Part shown: piece after piece, positions 1 through 9,746 of the stretch
Layout of the letters: each line of letters opens with the position of its first letter
Numbering within the stretch: position 1 is the stretch's first letter
DNA from: Promethearchaeota archaeon
GTDB lineage: Archaea; Asgardarchaeota; Lokiarchaeia; Sigyniarchaeales; SOKP01
Assembly: GCA_019058295.1 (NCBI GenBank)
Contig: JAHPZI010000019.1
Span: 31,403 to 95,402 of the forward strand
Length of the DNA stretch: 64,000 nt
Direction of reading: 5' to 3'
Translations under genes and position numbers: made by a program
Notes under the pieces: model-generated
What the model was told of the DNA's origin: nothing
The model's input: the letters and a program-made list of their open reading frames with translations, nothing else
Database searches by the model: none

Positions 1-1419
1 TAATTGAGCTGCTAAACGGAAAAGAGTGGCTTCATTACCAAAACGAGCTGCGAATTGAAGGCCTATTGGTAAATTATCAGCATTCCAATATAATGGAACG
101 GACATGGCTGGTTGACCTGTTACATTAAAGATACTAGTAAAAGCACTCATTTGACTCATTAATTGGAAAGATTTACCTACATTCTCTGCTGTAAAAGATC
201 CAATCTTTACTGGAGGAATGGACATTGTCGGAGTAAGTAGTAAATCATATCCACCTTTATGAAACCATTGTGCTATTTGCCGTGAAAAGAGTTGGCATTC
301 TTCTAATGCAAGTATATAATCAGAAGCAGTTCGTCTTACCGCATTTTTATAAAATAACCAAGTCAAAGGTTCCATTTGGTCTTCTGTAATCTTGGTCCCT
401 AATTCTTTTTCTATATATGTTAAACTCGAACCAGTAATGGAAATATACATAACACTAAAAGCCGTGAAAAGATTTGCATAACTTAATTCCTCTGGATTTA
501 CATCTACAACATTATGTCCTAAACTTTCACATAGTTGAGCAACATCTTTTACTGCTTTCTCGCAATCTGGATGAACTTTAGTATTAGAACTCCACCCCTT
601 AGGAACGGAAGTTAAATATCCAATTTTTAAACGCCCCACTTCATGATGAATTTCTTCTAAATAAGGGCGTTTTTTTGGTGGAGCATAATAAGGATCTCCT
701 ATGTCTGGTCCTGATGTTGCATCCAATAATGCTGCTGAATCTCTTACTGTGCGAGTAAGTGCGTGTTCTGAAACTATTCCGCTACCAATATCACCATAAC
801 GTGGGCCGAGAGGATTTCGAGCGCGAGTAGGTTTCAGACCAAAAACTCCACAACAAGAAGCGGGGATACGAATTGAGCCCCCTCCATCGTTTCCATGAGC
901 AATTGGGACGATTCCAGCGGCTACAGCTGCAGCTGAACCACCACTCGAGCCTCCTGGTGTTATATTTAGATCCCAAGGGTTTCTTGTAGGTCCAAATAAG
1001 ACAGGTTCTGTAGTGGGAAGAATACCAAATTCAGGAGTATTAGTTTTACCAACAACAATTAATCCAGCAGCTTTATGACGTTTCACTAGCTCTGTATCCC
1101 ATTTTGAAACATTTCCTTTGAGGAGTTTAGCGCCTGAATAGTAAGGTGTTCCTTCATATTCCGCACAAATATCTTTTAAAAGGAATGGTATACCACTAAA
1201 AAGAGCATCAATTTTTTTACCTGTACTAATTTCCTTATCCCAATTTTCTGCATTTTTACGTGCCTCATCATACATTTTATAAATCACAGTATTGATTTTA
1301 GGATTAACTCGCTCAATTCGCTCGATAGTCATCTCTACTAATTCGGATGGCTTAATTTCTCGTTCTCGGACCATTTCTCCTAAACGAATAGCGTCATATT
1401 CAATTAATTCAGCTTTCAA
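1..1419 (-). CDS. Amidase signature family protein (3' end runs off the window)
   Basis: Not in the ORF track because its stop lies outside the window. Manual translation from TTG at 1419 gives [17 protein letters not shown]..., [15 protein letters not shown] and [14 protein letters not shown] (Lys/Ser/Ser amidase triad motifs). Confidence 0.9.
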   Translation of the reverse strand, partial: MKAELIEYDAIRLGEMVREREIKPSELVEMTIERIERVNPKINTVIYKMYDEARKNAENWDKEISTGKKIDALFSGIPFLLKDICAEYEGTPYYSGAKLLKGNVSKWDTELVKRHKAAGLIVVGKTNTPEFGILPTTEPVLFGPTRNPWDLNITPGGSSGGSAAAVAAGIVPIAHGNDGGGSIRIPASCCGVFGLKPTRARNPLGPRYGDIGSGIVSEHALTRTVRDSAALLDATSGPDIGDPYYAPPKKRPYLEEIHHEVGRLKIGYLTSVPKGWSSNTKVHPDCEKAVKDVAQLCESLGHNVVDVNPEELSYANLFTAFSVMYISITGSSLTYIEKELGTKITEDQMEPLTWLFYKNAVRRTASDYILALEECQLFSRQIAQWFHKGGYDLLLTPTMSIPPVKIGSFTAENVGKSFQLMSQMSAFTSIFNVTGQPAMSVPLYWNADNLPIGLQFAARFGNEATLFRLAAQL

Positions 1420-1695
1420 ATTTTTTCACTTCTTTATTTTTAATTTTTAGTTGGATTAAATTTTTAATTGAATATTTAGAAAATAAGATATTAATACATA
1501 TATAAGCTTCTAATGAGAATAGTTCTATAGGTTTCTAATCAGAATATTATGTTTTGATAAATATAATATTTTTGCTGTAATTATAGGAATAGTTGTAACA
1601 GAAGAAGCAGAAATATCAATAAAAATAGCTTTAAAAGCAATAAGTAAATAACTAATTTTATCTTAATAAAAATAAAAACAAAAAATAGTGATATT

Positions 1696-2265
1696 ATGGA
1701 AAAAAAAAAAATTAAGGCTACCTGCTACCTGTTTCCGATGCCTACTGTTATAGCAGGTGCGAATGTGAATGGTAAACCAAATTTTGTAACAATTGCATTT
1801 TGTGGTAGTCTTCAATATAAACCCCCAATGTTAGTAATTTCTTCTGGTAAAAACCATTATACAAATATAGGCATAAGAGAAAATAATACTTTCAGTGTAA
1901 ATATACCTTCTATAGAGATGGTTAAAGTTACTGATTATATAGGGACAATCTCTGGTAAACAAATAGACAAGTCAGTTTTATTTGATATTTTTTATGGAGA
2001 ATTAGAGAGCGCACCTATGATAAGCGAAGCACCAGTCAATTATGAGTGTAAGGTGGCAAAAATTATTAATCTTAATGGTACTAATGATATTATTATTGGA
2101 GAAATTGTACAAACCTACGTTAATGAAGATTGTACTACTAAAGGAAAACCAGATATTCAAAAAATACAACCAATTGTATTTTCTGGTTTTGATTCTAATT
2201 ATATGAAGGTTGGAGATGTTCTAGCTCAAGCATATAAAATTGGTCGAGACTATAAAAAAGAGTAA
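1696..2265 (+). CDS. Flavin reductase-like (flavoredoxin) FMN-binding protein
   Basis: P-x-P-T-V start, NTFSVNIPS, APMISEAPVNYECKV and IIIGEIV motifs. Confidence 0.85.
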   Translation: MEKKKIKATCYLFPMPTVIAGANVNGKPNFVTIAFCGSLQYKPPMLVISSGKNHYTNIGIRENNTFSVNIPSIEMVKVTDYIGTISGKQIDKSVLFDIFYGELESAPMISEAPVNYECKVAKIINLNGTNDIIIGEIVQTYVNEDCTTKGKPDIQKIQPIVFSGFDSNYMKVGDVLAQAYKIGRDYKKE

Positions 2266-2279
2266 TTCAATTAATTTTT

Positions 2280-2909
2280 TTATATATATTTTCTTACAAC
2301 TTCGCCTCTTGGGGTTTTTTCTTCAAATAAAATAGCTTGAAATGAATAAATTTTAGTACTTAGATCTTTCCAAGCATCTGTGGGAAGCCATGCTTTTTGA
2401 CAAGTATGGGAGAGAAAGGTTTCCACATCCCAGTTCCGATCATGATCCACCGGAACTTGAGGGAGTAATAATCCTCTTCGCGCCCCTAATTCTGCGATTA
2501 ATCCATCCCTTCCAATAACGATTTTTTCGAGATACTCTTTAGGATCGTTTACTTCAATTTGTTTAGGTGGAGTTAATATAGATATTTCGATTACGATATC
2601 GTCCATTTCTTCTAATCTAACTGAACGGAAACGAGGATCTTCTATAGCTGAACTAATTGAAACTCTATGAACCACCTCATATAAAGGATAAGTAGGTTCT
2701 ATATAACCTATGCACCCTCTCAAAGGATTGCCTCCTACATTGAATTTATTTAAAGTAACGAATGCTCCATAATTGTTTGCGAACTTTTGTTTAATTTCTT
2801 CGGGAACACCTATTCTTTTATTATTTTTTAGATAATGCTCGATGTTTTCCCTTGCAAAATTGATAAGCATCTTTCCCTCTTCTACACTAAATTTCTCCTC
2901 GTTTGACAT
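2280..2909 (-). CDS. AMMECR1 domain protein (TIGR00296 / AmmeMemoRadiSam protein A-like)
   Basis: GAFVTL...LRGCIG, DPRF, EISILT, GRDG and LLLPQV motifs. Confidence 0.92.
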   Translation of the reverse strand: MSNEEKFSVEEGKMLINFARENIEHYLKNNKRIGVPEEIKQKFANNYGAFVTLNKFNVGGNPLRGCIGYIEPTYPLYEVVHRVSISSAIEDPRFRSVRLEEMDDIVIEISILTPPKQIEVNDPKEYLEKIVIGRDGLIAELGARRGLLLPQVPVDHDRNWDVETFLSHTCQKAWLPTDAWKDLSTKIYSFQAILFEEKTPRGEVVRKYI

Positions 2910-2972
2910 AATATTAACCTAAAAATTTTCTTATATGTATAAATAAAATTAAGTTACTTGATATTTTATATT

Positions 2973-4364
2973 TTATAGGAATTTTATTATCGAGCCCATT
3001 GGTGTAGAATTTTCAATATTAATTTCTACTCCTCTTAAAAAGACTTTCCAAATTTGGATGTTTGTTTCAAAGTTTTCGAATGGTGAAAATTTTGCCTTTG
3101 TTTTAAAATTTTGAGAATTAATTTTATATTGTGGAATTTTATCAATAATCATTAAATCAGCAACATAGCCTACTTTTATAAATCCTTTATTTTTTAATTT
3201 AAATTGTTTTGCTGGTTGTTCTGACGCTGCCTTTACAAAATTTTCTAATGATAATTCATAATGGCATACTTTATTAAGTAATAAAAGTGGATAGGTTTCA
3301 AATCCTGGAAATCCTGAAGGTGCATCAGAATATTCTCCTGATTTTTCTTTTAGTGTATGTGGGGCGTGATCAGTTCCGATTAATTGTATTTTTCCATCTA
3401 ATAATTCATTTAATAAGAACTGTGAATGATTCTCATCTCTTAAAGGAGGCAAAACTTTACCATAATTATCATTACTTAGTATAACCTTATTTGACAAAAT
3501 TAGGTGATGAGGTGTAATTTCAAATGTTATTTTTAAATTTTTATAAGTATTTATTGCTTTTTTTATTAAAGAATAACTGTCTATACAACTTATATGACAG
3601 AAATGAATAATCGGATAATTTTTGGACTCTAAATCATTATCAGTAATAATTTTATAATAATTTTCAAGAATAAAATTCACATATTTCGCTTCCATTTGAC
3701 ACGGATAAAGCATATTATGTAATTCTAGCGCATTATAATTTTCTAATGTGTTTTCTTGAAGAATATCCTCTTTTTTATCCTCAGTTATCGCCCAATCGGG
3801 GTGAATAAAAATAGGAATTTGGTATTTTGATGAGATAAGAAGAATCTTTTGAATATTTAACCAGTCAGTCCAATCAACTTCATTCAAAGAACTAAGTGGG
3901 TATATTTTAAACCCAATTACACCTAAATCTATAATTTTAATAATTTCTTCAAAATTGATTCCTTTAGGGACTCCTGCAATAAATCCGACATCTACATGAA
4001 TATTTTTTTGAGCCTTATCCATCCATTTCTTAACTTGTTTGGCGGAAATTGCGGGAGGTTTTGTATTAGGCATATTAAAAACAGTTGTTATTCCGGAAAA
4101 CGCAGCTGCTTTCGTTCCTGTTAGAAATGTTTCTTTTTCGGATTGATCCATATCACGTAAATGAGAATGAATATCGATAATTCCCGGGATAATTAATTTA
4201 TTTTCGCAATTAATTTCTTTTCCATCATCATTATTTTGAGTGATAAAATTATAATCTTCTACAGAAGGATCAAAACAAATTGATTGAATAATTCCCTTGT
4301 TGATAAGAAGTGCGCCTTTACGTACTATGCCTTCTGAATAAATCTTAGCATTCTGTAAAATCAT
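2973..4364 (-). CDS. pyrC: Dihydroorotase (amidohydrolase superfamily)
   Basis: PGIIDIHSHLR, MPNTKP, carbamylated Lys in GFKIY, EITPHHL, PPLR and DHAPH motifs. Confidence 0.85.
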   Translation of the reverse strand: MILQNAKIYSEGIVRKGALLINKGIIQSICFDPSVEDYNFITQNNDDGKEINCENKLIIPGIIDIHSHLRDMDQSEKETFLTGTKAAAFSGITTVFNMPNTKPPAISAKQVKKWMDKAQKNIHVDVGFIAGVPKGINFEEIIKIIDLGVIGFKIYPLSSLNEVDWTDWLNIQKILLISSKYQIPIFIHPDWAITEDKKEDILQENTLENYNALELHNMLYPCQMEAKYVNFILENYYKIITDNDLESKNYPIIHFCHISCIDSYSLIKKAINTYKNLKITFEITPHHLILSNKVILSNDNYGKVLPPLRDENHSQFLLNELLDGKIQLIGTDHAPHTLKEKSGEYSDAPSGFPGFETYPLLLLNKVCHYELSLENFVKAASEQPAKQFKLKNKGFIKVGYVADLMIIDKIPQYKINSQNFKTKAKFSPFENFETNIQIWKVFLRGVEINIENSTPMGSIIKFL

Positions 4365-5025
4365 ATTTATCTTGTTTTTTCAATAAATCTACTCGAAAAT
4401 TAACATACAAAAATTTATCTTCTATACTATTAATTTTTGAAAGCGTTAAAAATTTTATATCTTTCAAATCTTTAAACAGTTGAAAAAAGTTGGAATCTTC
4501 AATTATTGTATTGTATGCGGGAATAATGTAGAAAAAGTCAGATATAGGATTTAAAGTTTCAAATTCATTAACTGTAAGATATGAGTTTACTTTTCCTACA
4601 TCGTCATCATTAATTATAAAAATGGGTTTGAAAGATGGAAAAGATTTAAAATACTTAATAAACGATTCGTTATTGGAAAATTTCCTTATATGAATACCGG
4701 GGGTTGATCTTCTCCAATCTTCAATATCTGAAGAATTAAATAGGTTTATTTTGTCTATGGCTTTTTTTAATAACAAAGCTTGCGAACGCTCGTCCGGACC
4801 TAAATATTTTAATCTATTCCCTTCAAATTTAATTAATACCCCTTCATTTTGAAAATATAATAACAAATTATTCTCTTTTCTGATTGCATAGGAAAGACAG
4901 AAAGTCTCACGAATACAAGAACAAATTATGTAAATTTCAAAAGGAGTTTTTCCTACATCAATATCCTTTTTATTATAGTTAGTGAGATTTTTAACTAATA
5001 ATAAGAAATTTACCAATCTAATCAA
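4345..5025 (-). CDS. TrmY-like (tRNA pseudouridine-54 N1-methyltransferase family) protein, apparently degenerate
   Basis: FCLSYAIRK, IKFEG..LKYLGPDERS and STPGI match TrmY, and it sits next to SRP54 as is usual. C-terminal SAM-knot motifs are not recognisable. Confidence 0.65.
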   Translation of the reverse strand: MIRLVNFLLLVKNLTNYNKKDIDVGKTPFEIYIICSCIRETFCLSYAIRKENNLLLYFQNEGVLIKFEGNRLKYLGPDERSQALLLKKAIDKINLFNSSDIEDWRRSTPGIHIRKFSNNESFIKYFKSFPSFKPIFIINDDDVGKVNSYLTVNEFETLNPISDFFYIIPAYNTIIEDSNFFQLFKDLKDIKFLTLSKINSIEDKFLYVNFRVDLLKKQDKYDFTEC

Positions 5026-5040
5026 GAAAAGTAAGAATAT

Positions 5041-6417
5041 CTAAAATTTAAAATTTTTACTTAATTTATCCATAAATGCTGCAGCACCTTTTCCCATTCC
5101 CGGCATTCCCGGCATTCCTTTTCCCTTTTTGCGAGCTTGTAAAAATCGTTTCATCATTTTCTTCATTTGGTTATATTGATCTAACATTTTATTAATTACA
5201 GCATATTCTGTACCCGAACCGATTGCAATTCGTCTTTTCCTTGTCTTTTTAATAATTTTTGGAGTTTCTTTCTCTTCCTGCGTCATAGAATCTAAAACTA
5301 CTCTCCATTTCTCAATATTTCTTTCTGCATCATCTTTTAGGGCGTCGGGAATGTTCCCTCCCCCCATCATTGCAAGAATTTCCCGCATTTTACCGACTTT
5401 TTTTATATTTTTAATCTGCATATAGAGATCTTCTAATGTGAATCTCCCTTTCATCATACGTTTGACCGCCTCAGGATCGGGCATAACTTCTGCTTCTTGA
5501 ACTCTTTGTACAAGGGCTTCGAGATTTGGAATACCTAAAAGGGTACCTACAAAACTAGTCGCTTCGAATTCTTCAAAGGCATCTATTTTTTCACCAATCC
5601 CAATAAATCGAATGGGAACATTGGTAGCAGCACAAGCAGATAAGGCACCTCCTCCTTTTGCTGTACCGTCTAATTTAGTAACTATAATGCTTCCAAGATT
5701 TGTTGCTTTGCCAAATTCTTCAGCTTGAGGGTAAGCTTGTTGCCCAAGTGTTCCGTCAATCACCAGTATAGTTTCGTTTGGCTTTAAAACACTTTCAATC
5801 TTCTGCATTTCTGTCATTAATTCTTTTTCCTCTTTGTGTCTTCCTGCTGTATCGACAATAATTATGTCATGTCCATCTGCCAATGCCCTTTTAGTTTCTT
5901 TAACGGCGATTTTTAAAGCATTCTTTTCGTTCGGATTCCCATAACATTTTACAGGAATTTGTTTAGTTAATTGAACAAGTTGTTCGTAAGCTCCAGGCCG
6001 ATAAGTGTCCGTCGTAATTGTAGCAACTTTATAGCCCTTGCTATTGTAAAATTTAGCCAATTTTCCAATCGTTGTGGTTTTACCTGAACCTTGGATTCCT
6101 ACAAGTAGAATAACATTTTTTTTCCCCGGTTTTATCCTTATGGGGGCTTGTTTTCCTCCTAAAACATGCACTAATTCATCGTGGATTAATGAAATAACGA
6201 AATCTTTTCTTTTTGCTTTCTGAAGTTTAGTATTCATTGCCTCTTTTTTAATATTTTCTGTCATTTCAAACACTAATTCGACTTTTACATCTGCACTTAG
6301 AAGTGCTCGTTGTAAATCTTGAATTAGAGCATTAATGGCATCTTTATCTACTCTGGGAAGACGACGTAATTTTCTAATAGCGTTATCCAAATTGCGACCG
6401 AGATTTTCTAAAACCAT
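5041..6417 (-). CDS. srp54: Signal recognition particle 54 kDa protein
   Basis: [14 protein letters not shown] and TKLDG..KGGG motifs, plus a Met-rich M domain. Confidence 0.97.
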   Translation of the reverse strand: MVLENLGRNLDNAIRKLRRLPRVDKDAINALIQDLQRALLSADVKVELVFEMTENIKKEAMNTKLQKAKRKDFVISLIHDELVHVLGGKQAPIRIKPGKKNVILLVGIQGSGKTTTIGKLAKFYNSKGYKVATITTDTYRPGAYEQLVQLTKQIPVKCYGNPNEKNALKIAVKETKRALADGHDIIIVDTAGRHKEEKELMTEMQKIESVLKPNETILVIDGTLGQQAYPQAEEFGKATNLGSIIVTKLDGTAKGGGALSACAATNVPIRFIGIGEKIDAFEEFEATSFVGTLLGIPNLEALVQRVQEAEVMPDPEAVKRMMKGRFTLEDLYMQIKNIKKVGKMREILAMMGGGNIPDALKDDAERNIEKWRVVLDSMTQEEKETPKIIKKTRKRRIAIGSGTEYAVINKMLDQYNQMKKMMKRFLQARKKGKGMPGMPGMGKGAAAFMDKLSKNFKF

Positions 6418-6550
6418 AAGTCAAGTAATCTCTAATTTTATTACCTATTTGATTTAATATTCAAAACCTAATATTTTTTTTTAATAAAAATATTAATAAA
6501 TTAAAAAGAATGAAATGTCAAAAATAAAAATATTCATAAATTAATTAAGA

Positions 6551-6991
6551 TTGGTGTTTACAATTAGCATACGTCGAACTGAAATCCAGAAGCTTAAGAC
6601 TGGAAATTTTATCATGGTTGATGATGAACCTTGCGTTATAAAAAGTACTGAACGTTCGAAGAGCGGCAAACATGGCCATGCGAAGGTCCGGGTGTCTTGT
6701 ATTGGAATGTTTGATAATAACAAGAGATCTTTAACTTTTCCGAGTGGTCAAATGGTGGAGGTTCCAGAAATTATAAAAGGCAATGCCCAGATTAACTATA
6801 TTGAGGATACACTCATTAATGTCATGGATTTAGAAAGTTACGAGTCCGTGGATATAGATTGGCCCAGAGATGAAGATTTAATAAAAAAATTAAAAGAACT
6901 ACAAGCCGATCCTAGTAAAATGTCGTCCTCACAAGTAGATTATTGGCAATTAGCTGGAAAAATGCTTATCAATAGAGTGTTTACCACATAA
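6551..6991 (+). CDS. eif5a: Translation factor aIF5A (start uncertain: TTG 6551, GTG 6554 or ATT 6563)
   Basis: Hypusine loop SKSGKHGHAK, VEVPEI and VMDLESYE. Confidence 0.95.
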   Translation: MVFTISIRRTEIQKLKTGNFIMVDDEPCVIKSTERSKSGKHGHAKVRVSCIGMFDNNKRSLTFPSGQMVEVPEIIKGNAQINYIEDTLINVMDLESYESVDIDWPRDEDLIKKLKELQADPSKMSSSQVDYWQLAGKMLINRVFTT

Positions 6992-7090
6992 CTTCTTTCA
7001 CATAAATTAATTCAATCTTTCTTAATTAATTGTTTTCTTAAAATCAGCTTTAAAAACTTATTAATTCCAATTAAGAGATTTTGTGTTATT

Positions 7091-7999
7091 ATGGAGAAAA
7101 AAGCGATTGCAATAGCTTGCCGAATGGATTCGGAAAGAGCAATTAAGTTAGCTAAAAGGATTTTTGAATTTTTAATCAAGAAGGGTGAAGTTGTTTACCC
7201 AGAAACTAGAATAGCGCCAAAAATTCTTCCCCATAGTGGTAAAGATTTAAATGAAATGAATTCTAACGATATAAAGTTTTTAATTTCGATTGGTGGTGAT
7301 GGAACCCTTCTCAGAGTAGCAAATTGTTTACCACAAAATGATGCCCCTCCAATATTCGGCGTAAACATTGGATCTATAGGATTTTTAGACGAATCTAATG
7401 AAAGAATTGTATTTAACGATTTAAACCCTTTATTAAATGGAGAATTTATAATCGAAAAATGTTCTAAAATTACTCCCTACATAGTTAAAGATAATGAAGA
7501 AATTAAACTCAACAATGCGTTAAACGAGATACTAATTGTTTCCTCCAAACATTCAAAAGTCTTACAAGTGTCATTAAGAATTAATGGGATTTTCCTCAAT
7601 CGAAGCTATTTAGACGGAGTAATTATCTCGACTTCAACTGGGTCCACGGCTTATAACCTAAGTGCTGGGGGGTCAATAATTACACCAAACACAGAAATTA
7701 TGCAAATAACTCCCCTAAATAGTTTTGCTCGTTCTGGATTAAGACCTATGGTTCTTCCTATTGAATCAGAAATAGAGATTGAGCTTTTAAGACCTCGATT
7801 GAATGCTAAGATTGTGGTAGATGGTCAACAAGTAATAAAAGATATTCAGCCGAATACATTAATAAGAGTTCGGAAAGCAAATTCTGAAATTTATCTTATC
7901 CGTTTATCTAAAAATCTTTACGAGAATTATTTTAAAAGATTAAGAAAAAAAATTATTGGTACAGTAAGGGTTCCATTAGATGACTCTCCAGAAGAGTAA
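7091..7999 (+). CDS. nadK: NAD+ kinase
   Basis: GGDGT, NE and DG..ISTSTGSTAYNLSAGG motifs. Confidence 0.95.
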   Translation: MEKKAIAIACRMDSERAIKLAKRIFEFLIKKGEVVYPETRIAPKILPHSGKDLNEMNSNDIKFLISIGGDGTLLRVANCLPQNDAPPIFGVNIGSIGFLDESNERIVFNDLNPLLNGEFIIEKCSKITPYIVKDNEEIKLNNALNEILIVSSKHSKVLQVSLRINGIFLNRSYLDGVIISTSTGSTAYNLSAGGSIITPNTEIMQITPLNSFARSGLRPMVLPIESEIEIELLRPRLNAKIVVDGQQVIKDIQPNTLIRVRKANSEIYLIRLSKNLYENYFKRLRKKIIGTVRVPLDDSPEE

Positions 8000-8534
8000 T
8001 AAGAAGAATAATGAAATTTTAATTTTTGATACCAATATTTTCCTAATGGGTGTTGATTTCAATTTATTAGAGGGAATTATTTACACTACCGATAATATCA
8101 TTGAAGAGGTTAAAGTAGAAAGATATCTTAATAAAAATAGAAACATAATCAATAGAATTCAGGCAGCAATAGATAGTGGTAAGTTAAAAGTAAGAACACC
8201 CTTAAAAACATATGTTTCTAAGATTGATAAATCATCCAAAATAACTGGTGATTATAATGCTCTTTCTAATCCTGATAAAGAATTAATAGATTTAGCTTTA
8301 GAGTTAAAATTTACACGCAATAAGAACATACTTGTATATACTAATGATTATTCTATGCAAAATGTATGCTCTGAGATGCAGATTCCATTTTCACCATTAA
8401 TTAGAAAAGGAATTAAATCAAAAATACTCTGGGAAGTATACTGTCCTCATTGTGAGGATATTCACAATGTAGAAGAATTAAATAAACCTTGTGAAAAATG
8501 TGGATTAAAATTAAAGCGACGACCAAAAAAATAA
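7980..8534 (+). CDS. nob1: Nob1 PIN-domain rRNA maturation endonuclease with C-terminal Zn ribbon
   Basis: DTN, E, LS..D and TNDYSMQNV PIN residues, followed by CPHC...CEKCG. Confidence 0.92.
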   Translation: MTLQKSNKKNNEILIFDTNIFLMGVDFNLLEGIIYTTDNIIEEVKVERYLNKNRNIINRIQAAIDSGKLKVRTPLKTYVSKIDKSSKITGDYNALSNPDKELIDLALELKFTRNKNILVYTNDYSMQNVCSEMQIPFSPLIRKGIKSKILWEVYCPHCEDIHNVEELNKPCEKCGLKLKRRPKK

Positions 8535-8612
8535 AATAAGGATATAGTGGAAATTATATATAAGAATATCCAATTATAATTAGATAAAGACAAAGTGCGA
8601 AGAGAAATTATA

Positions 8613-9653
8613 ATGGGAATAAAAATAAATGAATTAGTGGGAGAAGTAAAGAGATCAATCACATTCGAGAACTTATTCTCAAAAAAAATTGCTATTGATG
8701 CGTTCAATACTATTTATCAATTCTTAGCAATCATTCGTCAGAGAGATGGAACGCCACTGAAAGATTACGAGGGTAACGTTACCTCGCATCTTTCAGGATT
8801 ATTTTATAGAACAATAAATTTCATAGAACATAATATTAAACCTATTTATGTTTTTGATGGAAAACCATCTGAATTAAAGTTAAAGACAATTTCAGAAAGA
8901 AGGAAGATAAAAGAAGAAGCTAAAGTCAAAATGGTTGAGGCGCAAGAAAAAGAGGATTTTAAAGAAGCGAAAAAATTTGCTCAAATGACATCCAAACTCG
9001 ATTCTGATATGATTGAAGAGAGCAAAAAATTAATTTCATTTATGGGCATTCCACTCGTTGAGGCTAGCTCAGAAGGGGAATCTCAATCTGCATATATGGT
9101 AGAAAATGGGGATGCTTGGGCTTGTGCTTCTCAGGATTATGATACTTTATTGTTTGGAGGAGAAAGATTAATAAGAAATTTTGCGGTGAGTCGAAGTAAA
9201 AAGGTTAAGGACACCGCAATCACACTAGATATTGAGTATGTTTCACTATCAAAATTCCTAGACAATTTTGGGATAACCAGAGAACAACTAATAGATATGG
9301 GAATCTTAATCGGAACTGATTTTTTTCCAGGTATAAAAGGAATTGGACAACATAAAGCATTGGAATTAATAAAAGAACATAAATCAATAGAAAATATTAT
9401 AAAAAATAAGATAAAAGAAATTGAACTAGATTTAGATGTGGTTAATCAAATAAAAGATATTTTTTTAAATCCTGATATTAAAAAAGAATACCCAAAATTA
9501 ATCTGGAACAAAATAGATTACGAAAAAATCGAAGAGCTGATGATTGAGCAACATAATTTTTCAGATTCTAGAATTAAAAACGCTTTAGAACGTTTAAGGA
9601 AAAATGATTCTTCTAAAACTCAAGTTTCGCTTGATAGATATTTTAAAAAATAA
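8613..9653 (+). CDS. fen: Flap endonuclease 1
   Basis: MG start at ATG 8613; IDAFN..YQFL, SHLSG, EGE, SQDYD and GTD motifs; C-terminal PIP box QVSLDRYF. Confidence 0.97.
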   Translation: MGIKINELVGEVKRSITFENLFSKKIAIDAFNTIYQFLAIIRQRDGTPLKDYEGNVTSHLSGLFYRTINFIEHNIKPIYVFDGKPSELKLKTISERRKIKEEAKVKMVEAQEKEDFKEAKKFAQMTSKLDSDMIEESKKLISFMGIPLVEASSEGESQSAYMVENGDAWACASQDYDTLLFGGERLIRNFAVSRSKKVKDTAITLDIEYVSLSKFLDNFGITREQLIDMGILIGTDFFPGIKGIGQHKALELIKEHKSIENIIKNKIKEIELDLDVVNQIKDIFLNPDIKKEYPKLIWNKIDYEKIEELMIEQHNFSDSRIKNALERLRKNDSSKTQVSLDRYFKK

Positions 9654-9746
9654 TAATTTCATTTATATTTCAAAAAGCAAAAATTTTTACAGAATTTAAT
9701 TATTTAATATACATATCATACAAATTCTAATAATAATTGAATAATT

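Noticed and set aside
791-976. 61-aa minus-strand ORF and the many other short ORFs overlapping long genes (e.g. 3287, 11261, 29317, 41913, 54359)
   Set aside because: Alternate-frame or antisense shadows of well-supported genes, with no recognisable motifs.
1530-1651. Short open frame ...FAVIIGIVVTEEAEISIKIALKAISK between the amidase and flavin reductase genes
   Set aside because: No start codon and no recognisable family; it may be a gene remnant but cannot be supported.
5085-5125. CCCGGCATT-type tandem repeat
   Set aside because: It simply encodes the GMPGMPGM tail typical of SRP54 M domains.
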